From positions 57,671 through 121,670 of the forward strand of contig CALXKJ010000007.1 of the NCBI GenBank assembly GCA_944388955.1: 64,000 nucleotides of DNA. Reading direction: 5' to 3'. The first letter of the stretch is position 1, and each line of letters begins with the position of its first letter. Shown here piece after piece: positions 46,201 through 55,802 of the stretch. The notes beneath the pieces were generated by a model that did no database searches, was not told where the DNA came from, and was given only the letters and a program-made list of their open reading frames with translations. A program made the position numbers and the translations under genes. The stretch comes from an uncultured Spirochaetaceae bacterium (GTDB lineage Bacteria; Spirochaetota; Spirochaetia; Sphaerochaetales; Sphaerochaetaceae).

Positions 46201-47595
46201 TTATTCTATCACTTTTCGGTGAAGTTCCTCTCCGTACCTCTGAAGAGACAGGAGTATTTCCTTCGCTCTGTAGTCTGTATCGACGCTTTCAATGCGCTCT
46301 TTTATCGTTCTCATATAGAGCTCATAAGTCGGTGTTCCCTCGACAGGAGGGTTTATAAGACGGAGCGCGCAGAAATTCTTCCAGTTTGCTTTCTCTTTCT
46401 CCGGAAGCACTTCAGGCCAGTTCCTCGCCACTTGTCTCCATAGAAGCTTGTGGTATTTGTCATCCTCGAAAAGGTGCTCGCCCTTGGTAAGCTTCTCCTC
46501 TGGTTTCATTGCTCTTATGGATGCCATCACGCCTTTATCGTGATCGGAGGGGAAGGAGCTGTAGATAGTCAGATCCGGATCCTTCACGTCATCATGATAT
46601 GGCTCCTTCGCCTTGAGGATGGCTTCCTTTGTCAGGAGTGGGCATTTCATCGCTTCATTCACTTTTCTCTGGATATCAGCATGCGTGAATCCAAGTCTCT
46701 CCTCGCTTTTGCTGTCAAGGACTGACAAGGGCGCTATGAATGGGGAGCGGTTTATCATCAGGCGCAGGATGCCTGTCTCATGATAGCCCCCATCAAGACT
46801 TGTTGGCAGCTCCTTCGTAAGATCGAAGCAGTAAAGAGCTGCTGATTTCTCAGCCTCATAAAAAAGCGGAAGCAATGGATGCGTGTTGCCTCTATCAGAC
46901 ACGAAAAGGGGACATGTGTGCAGAAAAGGCTTATGCTCAAGCACCTTTATCTCATTCGCTATCTGATTCTTTCCTCTGTGGTTAAGTGCCCATGTGAAAA
47001 GGCGTGGCTGTTTTTCTTTTATAAGCTTTGCAATGGCGATTGTCGCCTCTACATCACATAACGCATCGTGCGCGTGTGTCTGCTCAATATGATTCTCTTC
47101 TGTGAGATCTGTAAGCTTGAAAGACGGAGCGTTGGTTTCAGGATTGGTTTTCTCGAATGATATCCCTTGAGGTCTCAGATCCCTTGTCGCCCTGACAAGA
47201 TTTATAATGTCCCATCTTGAGCATCTGTTCCTATATTCGCGCTCAAATGGATCATAGAGATTCCTGTAAAGCGTGGAGCGTATGACTTCATCATCGAAGT
47301 TTATGCTGTTGTAACCGACTGTAATCGTGTCAGGAACAAGGAATTCCTGCTGCAGCCTTTCTATCATCTCCGCTTCAGGAATCCCTTTTTCATTCACCTC
47401 CTGCGGTGTTATGCCTGTCACAAGGCATGAGTCGGGAGATGGAAGGTAATCAGGGGAGAGCTTTGAGTAGAGGACAATAGGCTCCCCGATCTGATTGAAA
47501 TCCATATCGGTGCGTATACATGCGGCCTGGGCAATCCTGTCATATTTTGGATTCAGGCCGAATGTCTCGAGATCATACCAGAGAAAAGTCTTCAT
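46201..47595 (-). CDS. sbcB: Exodeoxyribonuclease I
   Basis: The N-terminal [20 protein letters not shown] DEDDh exonuclease motif, [10 protein letters not shown], and a length of 464 aa. Confidence 0.9.
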   Translation of the reverse strand: MKTFLWYDLETFGLNPKYDRIAQAACIRTDMDFNQIGEPIVLYSKLSPDYLPSPDSCLVTGITPQEVNEKGIPEAEMIERLQQEFLVPDTITVGYNSINFDDEVIRSTLYRNLYDPFEREYRNRCSRWDIINLVRATRDLRPQGISFEKTNPETNAPSFKLTDLTEENHIEQTHAHDALCDVEATIAIAKLIKEKQPRLFTWALNHRGKNQIANEIKVLEHKPFLHTCPLFVSDRGNTHPLLPLFYEAEKSAALYCFDLTKELPTSLDGGYHETGILRLMINRSPFIAPLSVLDSKSEERLGFTHADIQRKVNEAMKCPLLTKEAILKAKEPYHDDVKDPDLTIYSSFPSDHDKGVMASIRAMKPEEKLTKGEHLFEDDKYHKLLWRQVARNWPEVLPEKEKANWKNFCALRLINPPVEGTPTYELYMRTIKERIESVDTDYRAKEILLSLQRYGEELHRKVIE

Positions 47596-47617
47596 ACAAT
47601 GATATTAGCACTTTTTC

Positions 47618-48016
47618 TCAATGACAGCAGTGGTGTGCTCCATCGCTGTCGTGATGGCAGCCTCCTTCATGTTCATGATCATGGTGATGGCACTCAACAT
47701 TCTCATCGAATTCCAGTCTTCCTTCCGCGAAGGCTTTGGCGGCATCATCAGCAGAGCCGGAGACTCCCGGATAGATTTTTATTCCGCATGCGCCAAGAGC
47801 GGCCCTTGCGCCTCCTCCGATGCCTCCGCATATGAGAGCTTCCACACCGTGGTCGCGAAGGAATGGTGCGAGAGCTCCATGTCCACCAGTGGATGAAGCA
47901 TCGACTTTCTCTTTGTCTGTGACTTTCCCGTCTTCGATTGTGTAGATCATGAATTCCTCAGTTCTTCCGAAGTGCTGGAATACTGAGCCGTTATCATAGG
48001 TAATTGCAGCTTTCAT
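47618..48016 (-). CDS. NifB/NifX-family (dinitrogenase FeMo-cofactor-binding fold) protein with His/Cys-rich C-terminal tail
   Basis: ATG 48016 lies after a GAGGAG RBS. Core FGRTEEFMIYTIEDGKV...ALICGGIGGGA. Tail CHHHDHEHEGGCHHDSDGAHHCCH. Confidence 0.75.
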   Translation of the reverse strand: MKAAITYDNGSVFQHFGRTEEFMIYTIEDGKVTDKEKVDASSTGGHGALAPFLRDHGVEALICGGIGGGARAALGACGIKIYPGVSGSADDAAKAFAEGRLEFDENVECHHHDHEHEGGCHHDSDGAHHCCH

Positions 48017-48074
48017 TGTAATCTCCTCTCTCTGAATATAGCCGCACTTTCGTTTGTCGTGTAGAGTCGTAGGT

Positions 48075-49361
48075 ATGAAGGATTCTAGAAAAGAGATTAT
48101 CTCGTGGTCTTTGTATGACTGGGCGAACAGCGCGTTCGCCACGACTGTTATGGCTGCTTTCTTTCCTATTTTCTTCTCCCAGTACTGGTCAATGGGAGCA
48201 GATAGCGCGGAAAGCACATTCTTCTTAGGGCTTGGCAATTCACTCGCTTCGCTTCTTGTGGCTGTCCTTTCGCCAATCATAGGCGCTATTGCAGATAAAG
48301 GCAGCTACAGAAAGAAGCTTCTCATACTTTTTGCATTCCTTGGTGCTGCGATGACAGCAGGTCTCTTCCTCGTCTCAGCGGGAATGTGGCCTGTTGCTAT
48401 CATACTGTATGTTATAGCCAACATAGGTTTTGCAAGCGCAAACACATTCTATGATTCGCTTCTTCCTTCAATTGCATCGGAGAAGAAGGTCGACTTTGTT
48501 TCCTCTCTCGGATATTCCCTCGGGTATATCGGAGGTGGGCTTCTTTTCCTGATAAATGTTCTCATGTATCTCATGCCAACGGCTTTCGGACTTCCTGACG
48601 ATGGAGGAATAACGGCAGTAAGGCTTTCATTCCTGATGGTCGGTATCTGGTGGATAGTCTTCTCCATTCCTCTCATGGTCTTCGTGAAAGAGCCTGAAGG
48701 CGAGAAGATGAAACTCTCAAGAGCTATAAAAGAAGGTTTTGGGGATCTTGGAAAAACACTTAAATCACTGAAGCAGCTGAAGAACACAGCACTCTTTCTG
48801 GTCGCTTATTGGTGTTATATCGATGGTGTAGACACAATCATCAAGATGGCTACTGACTATGGCACAGCCCTTGGATTCTCCGCCTCAAGCCTTATCGTTG
48901 CGCTTCTCATAACGCAGTTTGTCGCATTCCCTGCAGCTCTCCTGTATAACACATTCGGAAAGAAGGTCGGCGTGAAGCGCGCGCTTCTTGTGGCTATAGC
49001 GGCATATATGATTATCGCCTGCCTTGGCTTCTTCATGACAAAAGAGAGCCAGTTCTATGCGCTTGCAGTCTGCATTGGTCTGTTCCAGGGTGGTATACAG
49101 GCACTGTCGAGATCTTATTTCTCAAGGCTTATACCGGAAGGCGAGACAGCACAGTTCTATGGCTTCTTCAACCTTCTAGGCAAATTCGCGGCAATCATAG
49201 GGCCGCTTCTCCTTGGTGTCGTGACGCTTATAACAGGTCAGCAGCGCTTTGGAATTCTTTCGCTGATAATTCTCTTCCTTATTGGTTTTATCCTTCTGAG
49301 AAAAGTCGATGATAGCCGTGTAGAAGAGGACCTCAAGGCATTCAAAGCCGCAAAAGGCTGA
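48075..49361 (+). CDS. MFS transporter, UMF1 (Atg22-like) family
   Basis: The N-terminal ISWSLYDWANSAF signature and about 12 TM segments. Confidence 0.8.
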   Translation: MKDSRKEIISWSLYDWANSAFATTVMAAFFPIFFSQYWSMGADSAESTFFLGLGNSLASLLVAVLSPIIGAIADKGSYRKKLLILFAFLGAAMTAGLFLVSAGMWPVAIILYVIANIGFASANTFYDSLLPSIASEKKVDFVSSLGYSLGYIGGGLLFLINVLMYLMPTAFGLPDDGGITAVRLSFLMVGIWWIVFSIPLMVFVKEPEGEKMKLSRAIKEGFGDLGKTLKSLKQLKNTALFLVAYWCYIDGVDTIIKMATDYGTALGFSASSLIVALLITQFVAFPAALLYNTFGKKVGVKRALLVAIAAYMIIACLGFFMTKESQFYALAVCIGLFQGGIQALSRSYFSRLIPEGETAQFYGFFNLLGKFAAIIGPLLLGVVTLITGQQRFGILSLIILFLIGFILLRKVDDSRVEEDLKAFKAAKG

Positions 49362-49374
49362 GAATCATTGCAAA

Positions 49375-49404
49375 CGGCTTGCTTCAAACTAGTGGAGCGA
49401 GCCG
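49375..49404 (+). terminator. Hairpin after the MFS gene (11-bp stem with 2 G-U pairs, no clear U-tract)
   Basis: CGGCTTGCTTC-AAACTAGT-GGAGCGAGCCG, 14 nt after the stop. Confidence 0.35.
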
Positions 49405-49474
49405 CTGTAAATAACAACACATCCTCACCATCCCTTCGTAGGCAGCGATTCTGTTTCGCACATAAAAGTTTTGC

Positions 49475-49505
49475 TTGACAGATTACAACCGGGGGGGGGT
49501 ATTTT
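49475..49505 (+). promoter_or_regulatory. Sigma70-like promoter TTGACA-N19-TATTTT whose spacer ends in a G9 tract
   Basis: TTGACA 49475-49480 and TATTTT 49500-49505, with RBS ACGGAGGA 49521-49528 and ATG 49533. Confidence 0.55.
49491..49499. repeat. Homopolymeric G9 tract
   Basis: The sequence reads CC GGGGGGGGG T. This is confirmed by PPP in the antisense ORF translation. Confidence 0.95.
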
Positions 49506-49532
49506 TGAGATATCAAATATACGGAGGATGAA

Positions 49533-50057
49533 ATGAAGAAGATTTCTGTATTGCTTTTTGCAGTATTGATGGTGTTTGCATTCACAGCTTGTGACAACAC
49601 AACAAAAGGACCAGATGAACCTGTATACCTTTCAACAGGAACTATGGGGGATGTCGAGTTTGAAAATGGCTCTGTAACACTGACGACGGAAAATCATAAG
49701 GATTATGTTGTTGATGGCTCTCTTGCGACGATGAAAGCGGATCAAGCTAAAGCATTCAGTGGTGGTGGAGATGGATGGAAAGAAGGCTCCCACTATATTT
49801 CATTGAATGTGAGTGGAGTGAGCGAAGAGAATAAAGTCGAAAAGCAAGGCTGGGTTTCTGCAATTGATTCGACTGATTATCTTGATGAGAAAACTGGATC
49901 TGTAAAGACTGGAAAGATTCTCGCGATAACAAACGGTGGTACTGTACGCTCTGAGCTTGGAAATCATTATATCTGGAAGATTGTTCTTGAAGATGGCAAG
50001 GAATATACAGTTGATTTTACTAAGCAGTTCAATGCGCTTAGCAATCAGGGTGAGTGA
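49533..50057 (+). CDS. Hypothetical lipoprotein (candidate phase-variable surface protein)
   Basis: Signal and lipobox MKKISVLLFAVLMVFAFTAC. 174 aa, no recognised domain. Confidence 0.65.
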   Translation: MKKISVLLFAVLMVFAFTACDNTTKGPDEPVYLSTGTMGDVEFENGSVTLTTENHKDYVVDGSLATMKADQAKAFSGGGDGWKEGSHYISLNVSGVSEENKVEKQGWVSAIDSTDYLDEKTGSVKTGKILAITNGGTVRSELGNHYIWKIVLEDGKEYTVDFTKQFNALSNQGE

Positions 50058-50090
50058 TTGAATCACTCCTAATGAAATTTCACTGAATAG

Positions 50091-50122
50091 ATCCGGAATC
50101 AGATAAAGGTTCCGGATTTTTT
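50091..50122 (+). terminator. Rho-independent terminator
   Basis: ATCCGGAA-(11-nt loop)-TTCCGGAT followed by TTTTT. Confidence 0.8.
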
Positions 50123-50205
50123 AGTACTATATTTCATATTGATTTAACAACGGTGATACTTCCGTATTAACATCTGTGCACAATACTTCCACCTAAGGTT
50201 ATCAG

Positions 50206-51165
50206 ATGGAGATACGGGTAAGAAACATAAGAAAGTCATTTGGTGAGAAGACTGTCATAGGAAACCTCTCCCTTGATATCACATCCGGAAGCTTCACAAC
50301 GCTTTTAGGACCTTCTGGATGCGGCAAGACAACACTTCTCAGAATGATTGCAGGTCTTGAGACTCCTGATAGCGGGGAGATATATCTTGGTGATCGCTGT
50401 GTGTTCTCTTCCGTGAAAAACATATCAATACCACCAGAAGAACGGGGTATTGGTTTCGTTTTTCAGGATTTTGCACTCTGGCCGCATATGAGAGTCCGTG
50501 ACAATGTGGCTTTTGGTCTTAAAGCGAGGAAAGTCTGCGAGTGTGTGGATGAAAGGGTGAAGGAAGCCCTTCATGCCGTACAGCTTGATGATTATATCAA
50601 TCGCTATCCCTCAGAGCTTTCTGGAGGGCAACAGCAGCGTGTTTCATTTGCAAGGGCTATAGTGACTGAGCCTGAGTGTATCCTGTTCGACGAACCGCTT
50701 TCCGCACTCGATGCTCTTCTTCGTGAGGAGATGCGCGCAGAGTTAAAGTCTCTTGTTTCGGAAAGAGGTATCACATCCGTGTTTGTTACACATGATCAGA
50801 CTGAGGCTATGTCCATGTCTGACATGATTGCCGTCATGAATGGGGGATTTATCGAGCAATACGATACACCTGAGAATATATATAGTAATCCAAAGACTGT
50901 TTTTACAGCACGCTTTGTCGGTGTCTCAGACTGGCTTGATGATAGTCGTATGTTCCGTCCTGAGAATGCTGTTCTTTCTGACGATGAAGGAATGTACAAA
51001 TCGAGTGTAACAGGACTGGAGTTCATGGGCTCCTGTTATCGTCTCATTCTCAATCATGAAGGACAGAAGTGGATAATCAATGCTGACAAGCCATATCAGA
51101 TTGGCTCGTTGGTATATGTGAATATCGAAAACAAATCGATAGTTTCTATCGGAAAGAGAGGCTGA
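50206..51165 (+). CDS. ABC transporter ATP-binding protein (FbpC/PotA-like, Fe3+/polyamine type)
   Basis: GPSGCGKTT, LSGGQQQRVSFARA, ILFDEPLSALD, and a C-terminal TOBE-like extension. Confidence 0.85.
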   Translation: MEIRVRNIRKSFGEKTVIGNLSLDITSGSFTTLLGPSGCGKTTLLRMIAGLETPDSGEIYLGDRCVFSSVKNISIPPEERGIGFVFQDFALWPHMRVRDNVAFGLKARKVCECVDERVKEALHAVQLDDYINRYPSELSGGQQQRVSFARAIVTEPECILFDEPLSALDALLREEMRAELKSLVSERGITSVFVTHDQTEAMSMSDMIAVMNGGFIEQYDTPENIYSNPKTVFTARFVGVSDWLDDSRMFRPENAVLSDDEGMYKSSVTGLEFMGSCYRLILNHEGQKWIINADKPYQIGSLVYVNIENKSIVSIGKRG

Positions 51166-51166
51166 A

Positions 51167-52135
51167 ATGAAAAAAGCATTGATACTTATTCTTGCTGTTT
51201 TTGTATCATTGTCTGCTGTATTTGGTGCATCAGACAAAGGAATTGTGACAGTCTACATGCCGTCTCCGGCGGGACTTGCAAATAAGCTCGCCGCTGATTT
51301 TGAGGCAAAGACCGGTATTGAGGTAAAGACATTCCAAGGAACGACTGGAGAAATCCTTGCGCGCCTTGAGACAGAGAAGGCAAATCCAGTGGCTGATGTC
51401 GTTATCCTTGCATCTTGGTCGGATGGACTTTCTATGAAGGAGAGCGGACAGCTTGAGTCTTATATTCCTGCCAATACTGAGAATGCTGTTGGAGGTTGGA
51501 TTGATGATGATTCAATGCTCTTTGGATACAGTGCTTCAGCCGTTGGTGTCATATATAATACCCTTATCTATCCTGAGCTTGATGCTGATTGGGCTGAGCT
51601 TGCCGATCCTCAGTTTAAAAATGATATAGCAATTCCCGATCCTGAGCTTTCTGGTGCATGCAAGGATTTCGTTGCAGGTTTTGTCAATGCATTTGGTTGG
51701 GACACATTTGAAGCTCTTGCGGCAAACGGAATGACAGTGCCTGGCGCGAATAAAGCCGCGCTCGAAGCTGTTACAACAGGCGAGGTGGGGATTCTTATTG
51801 CTGGTGTGGATTACAACGCCTACTCATCGATGAAAGAAGGTGAGCCACTGTCAATATACTATCCAGAGAGCGGTACTGTCGTGAATCCACGTCCGGCAAT
51901 GATTATGAAGAGCGCACCAGATATGGACAACGCAAAAGCCTTCATTGACTACCTTTACTCTGAAGATGCCCAGAAGATGGTGACAGAGGCCTACCTTCTT
52001 CCTGGAAGGACTGATATTGAATATACAAATAGATCTACACTCGATGAGATTCCTCAGATAGAAACTGACTGGAGTGCTATGATGGAGATTTCATCAGAAG
52101 CGGCGGCAAGAATCAACGAGCTGTGCGAAAGGTGA
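51167..52135 (+). CDS. ABC transporter substrate-binding protein (Fe3+/thiamine-type family 1)
   Basis: Has a signal peptide and is 322 aa. It sits between the cognate ATPase and a double permease. Confidence 0.7.
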   Translation: MKKALILILAVFVSLSAVFGASDKGIVTVYMPSPAGLANKLAADFEAKTGIEVKTFQGTTGEILARLETEKANPVADVVILASWSDGLSMKESGQLESYIPANTENAVGGWIDDDSMLFGYSASAVGVIYNTLIYPELDADWAELADPQFKNDIAIPDPELSGACKDFVAGFVNAFGWDTFEALAANGMTVPGANKAALEAVTTGEVGILIAGVDYNAYSSMKEGEPLSIYYPESGTVVNPRPAMIMKSAPDMDNAKAFIDYLYSEDAQKMVTEAYLLPGRTDIEYTNRSTLDEIPQIETDWSAMMEISSEAAARINELCER

Positions 52136-52139
52136 AATC

Positions 52140-53798
52140 ATGAAGCGTACAGTTATTAAGAGAATCCCATCGTTTTTAGCTGTCGTGGTATTGGTTCTCA
52201 TGATAATCTGTCCGCTTCTCTCTATCTTCAGGGAAGCTGCATTTCCTGATGGCAACTTTGATATCTCGATGGCGATAAGCACAATTGCCGAAAGTGAGAA
52301 TGCAAGGATGATAGCATCCTCCATTCTTCTAGGTGTGCTTGTCGTCATGGTCTCATCTCTAATTGCTCTTCCACTTGCGTATATATTCTCAAGAACACAA
52401 TTCGCCCGTTATCGTTTTTTCGATGTTATCTTCATGATACCGTTCATGACGCCGCCTTATATTGCATCAATGGGATGGATACTCTTCATGCAGAAGCGTG
52501 GGCTCATGCAGCAGATTTTCCCTTCATTGGCTTTTCTCAGTGACTGGTTCTTCTCTTTAGGCGGTCTTGTGCTTGTGATGAGCTTTCATGTCTTTCCATT
52601 CATGATGACACTCATGAAGAATGCCATGCTAGCCGTTTCTTCATCTCTTGATGAGGCAGGAGCTGTGCTTGGTGCGCCTTTTCGTGTGAGACTCCGGAAG
52701 CTTTTCTTCCCTCTGCTGACAGGCAATTATGCAATTGGCGCGCTGCTGGTATTTGTTAAAACAATATCTGAATATGGAACACCATCCACATTAGGGCGGA
52801 GAATCGGGTTTGAAGTATTCACCACCGATATTCATCGCTATGCGACTGTTGCGCCAATTGAGTTCGGAAAATCGGCATCGCTTGCTTCTGTTCTCATAGG
52901 TATCTGTCTTCTTATATGGTTCTTTCAGAATTACGTGACAGAACATCGAGCATATAGTCTTGTGGGAAGCAGGCCGGGCAGTATCAGGATAAAAAGAATG
53001 GGAAGAAAGCAGAGCGCCCTATGCTGGACTTTCATTGTCATTGTCATATTTTTCACAATGCTGATTCCTCTTTTTTCTGTCGTCACTTCATCACTCATAA
53101 AGCTCCGTGGCTATGGATTGAGGGCTGGGAATTTTACATTTGGCAATTATGTAAAGCTCTTCACGGAAGATAATCAGGGAACAGGTGCTCTTCTTATTTC
53201 AATTTTCCTTGCTGTCTCATCCGCCACTATAGCGTCTATACTCGGTACGATATCAGTTATCATCTCAAAGCAAGCCGGGAAAAGGTGTGGAAGGCTCATC
53301 GAAGGACTGTCGTTGATTCCGGAGATGCTTCCAAGCATCGTTCTGGTACTTGGAATCATGCTGTTCTATAACAGGATATACAGAATCGTGCCGATTTACG
53401 GGACAATCTGGATAATGGTACTCAGTTATGTGATTCTCTTCCTGCCATACACGGTTCAATATGTTACTTCCTCCTTCTCTCAGATTGGAGATAGCCTGAT
53501 ATCAGCAGGCCGTATATGTGGAGGGAAACCATTGTATGTTTTCATGCATATAACGCTTCCTCTTATATTCCGTGGCATACTTTCAGGATGGATGATGACA
53601 TTCATAATCGCGTTCAGGGAGCTGGTGACACCGTCTCTTATCGCACCGACGAACACCCTCACAGTCTCGACGTACATCAACAGACAATTTGAGCAGGGAA
53701 GTGTTGGAAAGGGAATGGCGATGGCTGTGATATGCATTCTCTTCAGTACTGTTACCCTTCTTATCCTCAATAAAGCAATTTCGGAAAAACGCAAGTGA
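52140..53798 (+). CDS. Iron(III)-type ABC transporter permease with two fused transmembrane modules
   Basis: 552 aa, about 12 TM segments, and two EAA-like loops (DEAGAVLGAP..., LISAGRICGGKP...). Confidence 0.8.
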   Translation: MKRTVIKRIPSFLAVVVLVLMIICPLLSIFREAAFPDGNFDISMAISTIAESENARMIASSILLGVLVVMVSSLIALPLAYIFSRTQFARYRFFDVIFMIPFMTPPYIASMGWILFMQKRGLMQQIFPSLAFLSDWFFSLGGLVLVMSFHVFPFMMTLMKNAMLAVSSSLDEAGAVLGAPFRVRLRKLFFPLLTGNYAIGALLVFVKTISEYGTPSTLGRRIGFEVFTTDIHRYATVAPIEFGKSASLASVLIGICLLIWFFQNYVTEHRAYSLVGSRPGSIRIKRMGRKQSALCWTFIVIVIFFTMLIPLFSVVTSSLIKLRGYGLRAGNFTFGNYVKLFTEDNQGTGALLISIFLAVSSATIASILGTISVIISKQAGKRCGRLIEGLSLIPEMLPSIVLVLGIMLFYNRIYRIVPIYGTIWIMVLSYVILFLPYTVQYVTSSFSQIGDSLISAGRICGGKPLYVFMHITLPLIFRGILSGWMMTFIIAFRELVTPSLIAPTNTLTVSTYINRQFEQGSVGKGMAMAVICILFSTVTLLILNKAISEKRK

Positions 53799-53868
53799 GA
53801 ACGCGATTAATAGTTGCGTCCTTAATTCGGCATTGGTAGAATTTCATTATCCAATGGAGGACCAGAGT

Positions 53869-54498
53869 TTGAAGAAAGCTTTAGTTTTCATCACATTCCT
53901 GTTTGTCTTCTGTTGCTCTGCATTCTCTTCAGCTGCCGTAAGCGCCATAGAGGGGATTTATGATGGCATATTGGCGGCAGTCGCATCGTCAATCACGGTG
54001 CCACGCGTTGCATTGCAAGGGGTTACGGTTGTCCGAGACGGTAGCATTATACCTGTCAGGATATCTTTCGTGCGCTCCGATGTGTCCGGGTATAGCGATT
54101 CGCTCCAGTTCTTCTCAAACGGAGCTGGAAACAGCATCCTGAGCGCTATATCATCTGAAGAGTACCTTTCAGCTATTTCCGGTTTTGCGGTCCATGCGCT
54201 CAATCATTCGGATTTCAGTACCGGGGAGATTATTCTCGATGGCTCTGTCAGACGCATAGAAGCCGATCCCGTTGTTCTTGATGATTTTGTCCGGAATGAT
54301 GACTGGAGTGAATTTGATGGTCTTTTTTCATTCTCTTTCCTTGTCACCGGAAAGCTTATTGATGGCGGAATGATTGTCGAAGGGACGTTTTCTATATCAG
54401 GAGGAGCTGAAAAGACGATGACAATAAGGGCTGAAAGCCTTAAAGTCGATAATGTTGAATATAAGCTTGAGCCAGCAGTTCTCAGGTTTGCGGATTAG
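53869..54498 (+). CDS. Hypothetical secreted protein
   Basis: TTG 53869 lies 8 nt after GGAGG and gives a canonical signal peptide (M)KKALVFITFLFVFCCSAFSSAAV. The maximal ORF starts at 53833. Confidence 0.5.
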   Translation: MKKALVFITFLFVFCCSAFSSAAVSAIEGIYDGILAAVASSITVPRVALQGVTVVRDGSIIPVRISFVRSDVSGYSDSLQFFSNGAGNSILSAISSEEYLSAISGFAVHALNHSDFSTGEIILDGSVRRIEADPVVLDDFVRNDDWSEFDGLFSFSFLVTGKLIDGGMIVEGTFSISGGAEKTMTIRAESLKVDNVEYKLEPAVLRFAD

Positions 54499-54509
54499 GA
54501 GGTTTTGAA

Positions 54510-55802
54510 ATGGGGAAGACGGAGGATTTTCTCAGGAAGCACATGCTCTCTGCTGCTTCAGTTGATACGGATAAGACACTTGCATTCATTCTTTCAGAGA
54601 TGAAGAAAGGGCTTGATAAAGAGAATTCCAGCTCTTTGCAGATGATTGCGACTTATGTGCAGCCCGACACAGAGATAAAGCCAGGGGCTTCTGTCATTGT
54701 CCTCGATGCAGGTGGAACGAATTTCCGCACATGCCTTGTGACCTTCGACGAGAATCGTCAGCCTGTGATTTCCGATTTCCGTAAAGTAGGTATGCCTGGT
54801 GTAAAGAGCGAAGTATCTGCAAAGGAGTTCTTCTCAATCCTTGCAGATAATGTCGAGCGCCTGATTGATAAAAGCGACAGGATAGGATTCTGCTTCTCAT
54901 ATGCCGCTAAGATAACGGAGGAGCACGATGGTATTCCTCTTCTCTTCTCAAAGGAGATAAAAGCACCTGAAGTCATCGGCATGCCTATAGGTGAGAATCT
55001 TCTCAAGGAGCTTGCATCAAGAGGATATGATGTGTCGAAGAAGAAGGTATCTGTTGTAAATGATACAGTAGCGACGCTTCTCGCCGCGAAAGCCGCACAC
55101 CCGGATAACGCTTCCTCATATGTAGGTTTTATCCTTGGTACAGGTACGAATACAGCATATATCGAAGAGAACAGCCGTATCGGTAAGCTTGGCTGGAAAG
55201 AAGGACGTCAGATTATAAACGTTGAATCCGGATGCCTTGCACTCGAGCTTGGTGATCTCGATAAGAAATTCACTTCTTCCACGAAGGATCCGAAATCCTA
55301 TTGGTTTGAAAAGATGATAAGCGGTGCTTATATCGGGCCTTTCTCCGCATGCGTCATTGAGGAAGCTATAAAAGAGTGTGTTCTTTCCCAGAGCTTTGCG
55401 GAGCGCTATAAAGAGATAGAGCCTCTCAATACAACGCGCATGAGCAATTACCTTGAGATGTGCCATAACACCGATTATGACCTTGTGCGCTGTGTCGAAG
55501 GAAACGAAGAAGATGCGACAGCACTGTATAAGATTCTCAAGAGCATTATCGAGAGGGCTGGAAAGCTCACTGCTATAAATCTCACAGCAGCGGTACTTTC
55601 ATCCGGTCAGGGCCTCGAGCCAAGGAATCCTGTAGTCATCAATGCTGATGGAACGACATTCTATAAGACCGCATTCCTTGAATTCTACACACGTCTTTAT
55701 CTTGATGAGATACTCGAGAAGAAGAATGGAAGATATTTCGAGATTGTCCAGATTGACAATTCACCGACCCTTGGGGCTGCCATCGCGGGACTTGCTATCT
55801 GA
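54510..55802 (+). CDS. Hexokinase-family sugar kinase (eukaryote-type)
   Basis: VLDAGGTNFRTCLV, GFCFSYAA, VVNDTVATLLAA and GFILGTGTNTAYIE parallel the hexokinase signature blocks. Confidence 0.85.
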   Translation: MGKTEDFLRKHMLSAASVDTDKTLAFILSEMKKGLDKENSSSLQMIATYVQPDTEIKPGASVIVLDAGGTNFRTCLVTFDENRQPVISDFRKVGMPGVKSEVSAKEFFSILADNVERLIDKSDRIGFCFSYAAKITEEHDGIPLLFSKEIKAPEVIGMPIGENLLKELASRGYDVSKKKVSVVNDTVATLLAAKAAHPDNASSYVGFILGTGTNTAYIEENSRIGKLGWKEGRQIINVESGCLALELGDLDKKFTSSTKDPKSYWFEKMISGAYIGPFSACVIEEAIKECVLSQSFAERYKEIEPLNTTRMSNYLEMCHNTDYDLVRCVEGNEEDATALYKILKSIIERAGKLTAINLTAAVLSSGQGLEPRNPVVINADGTTFYKTAFLEFYTRLYLDEILEKKNGRYFEIVQIDNSPTLGAAIAGLAI

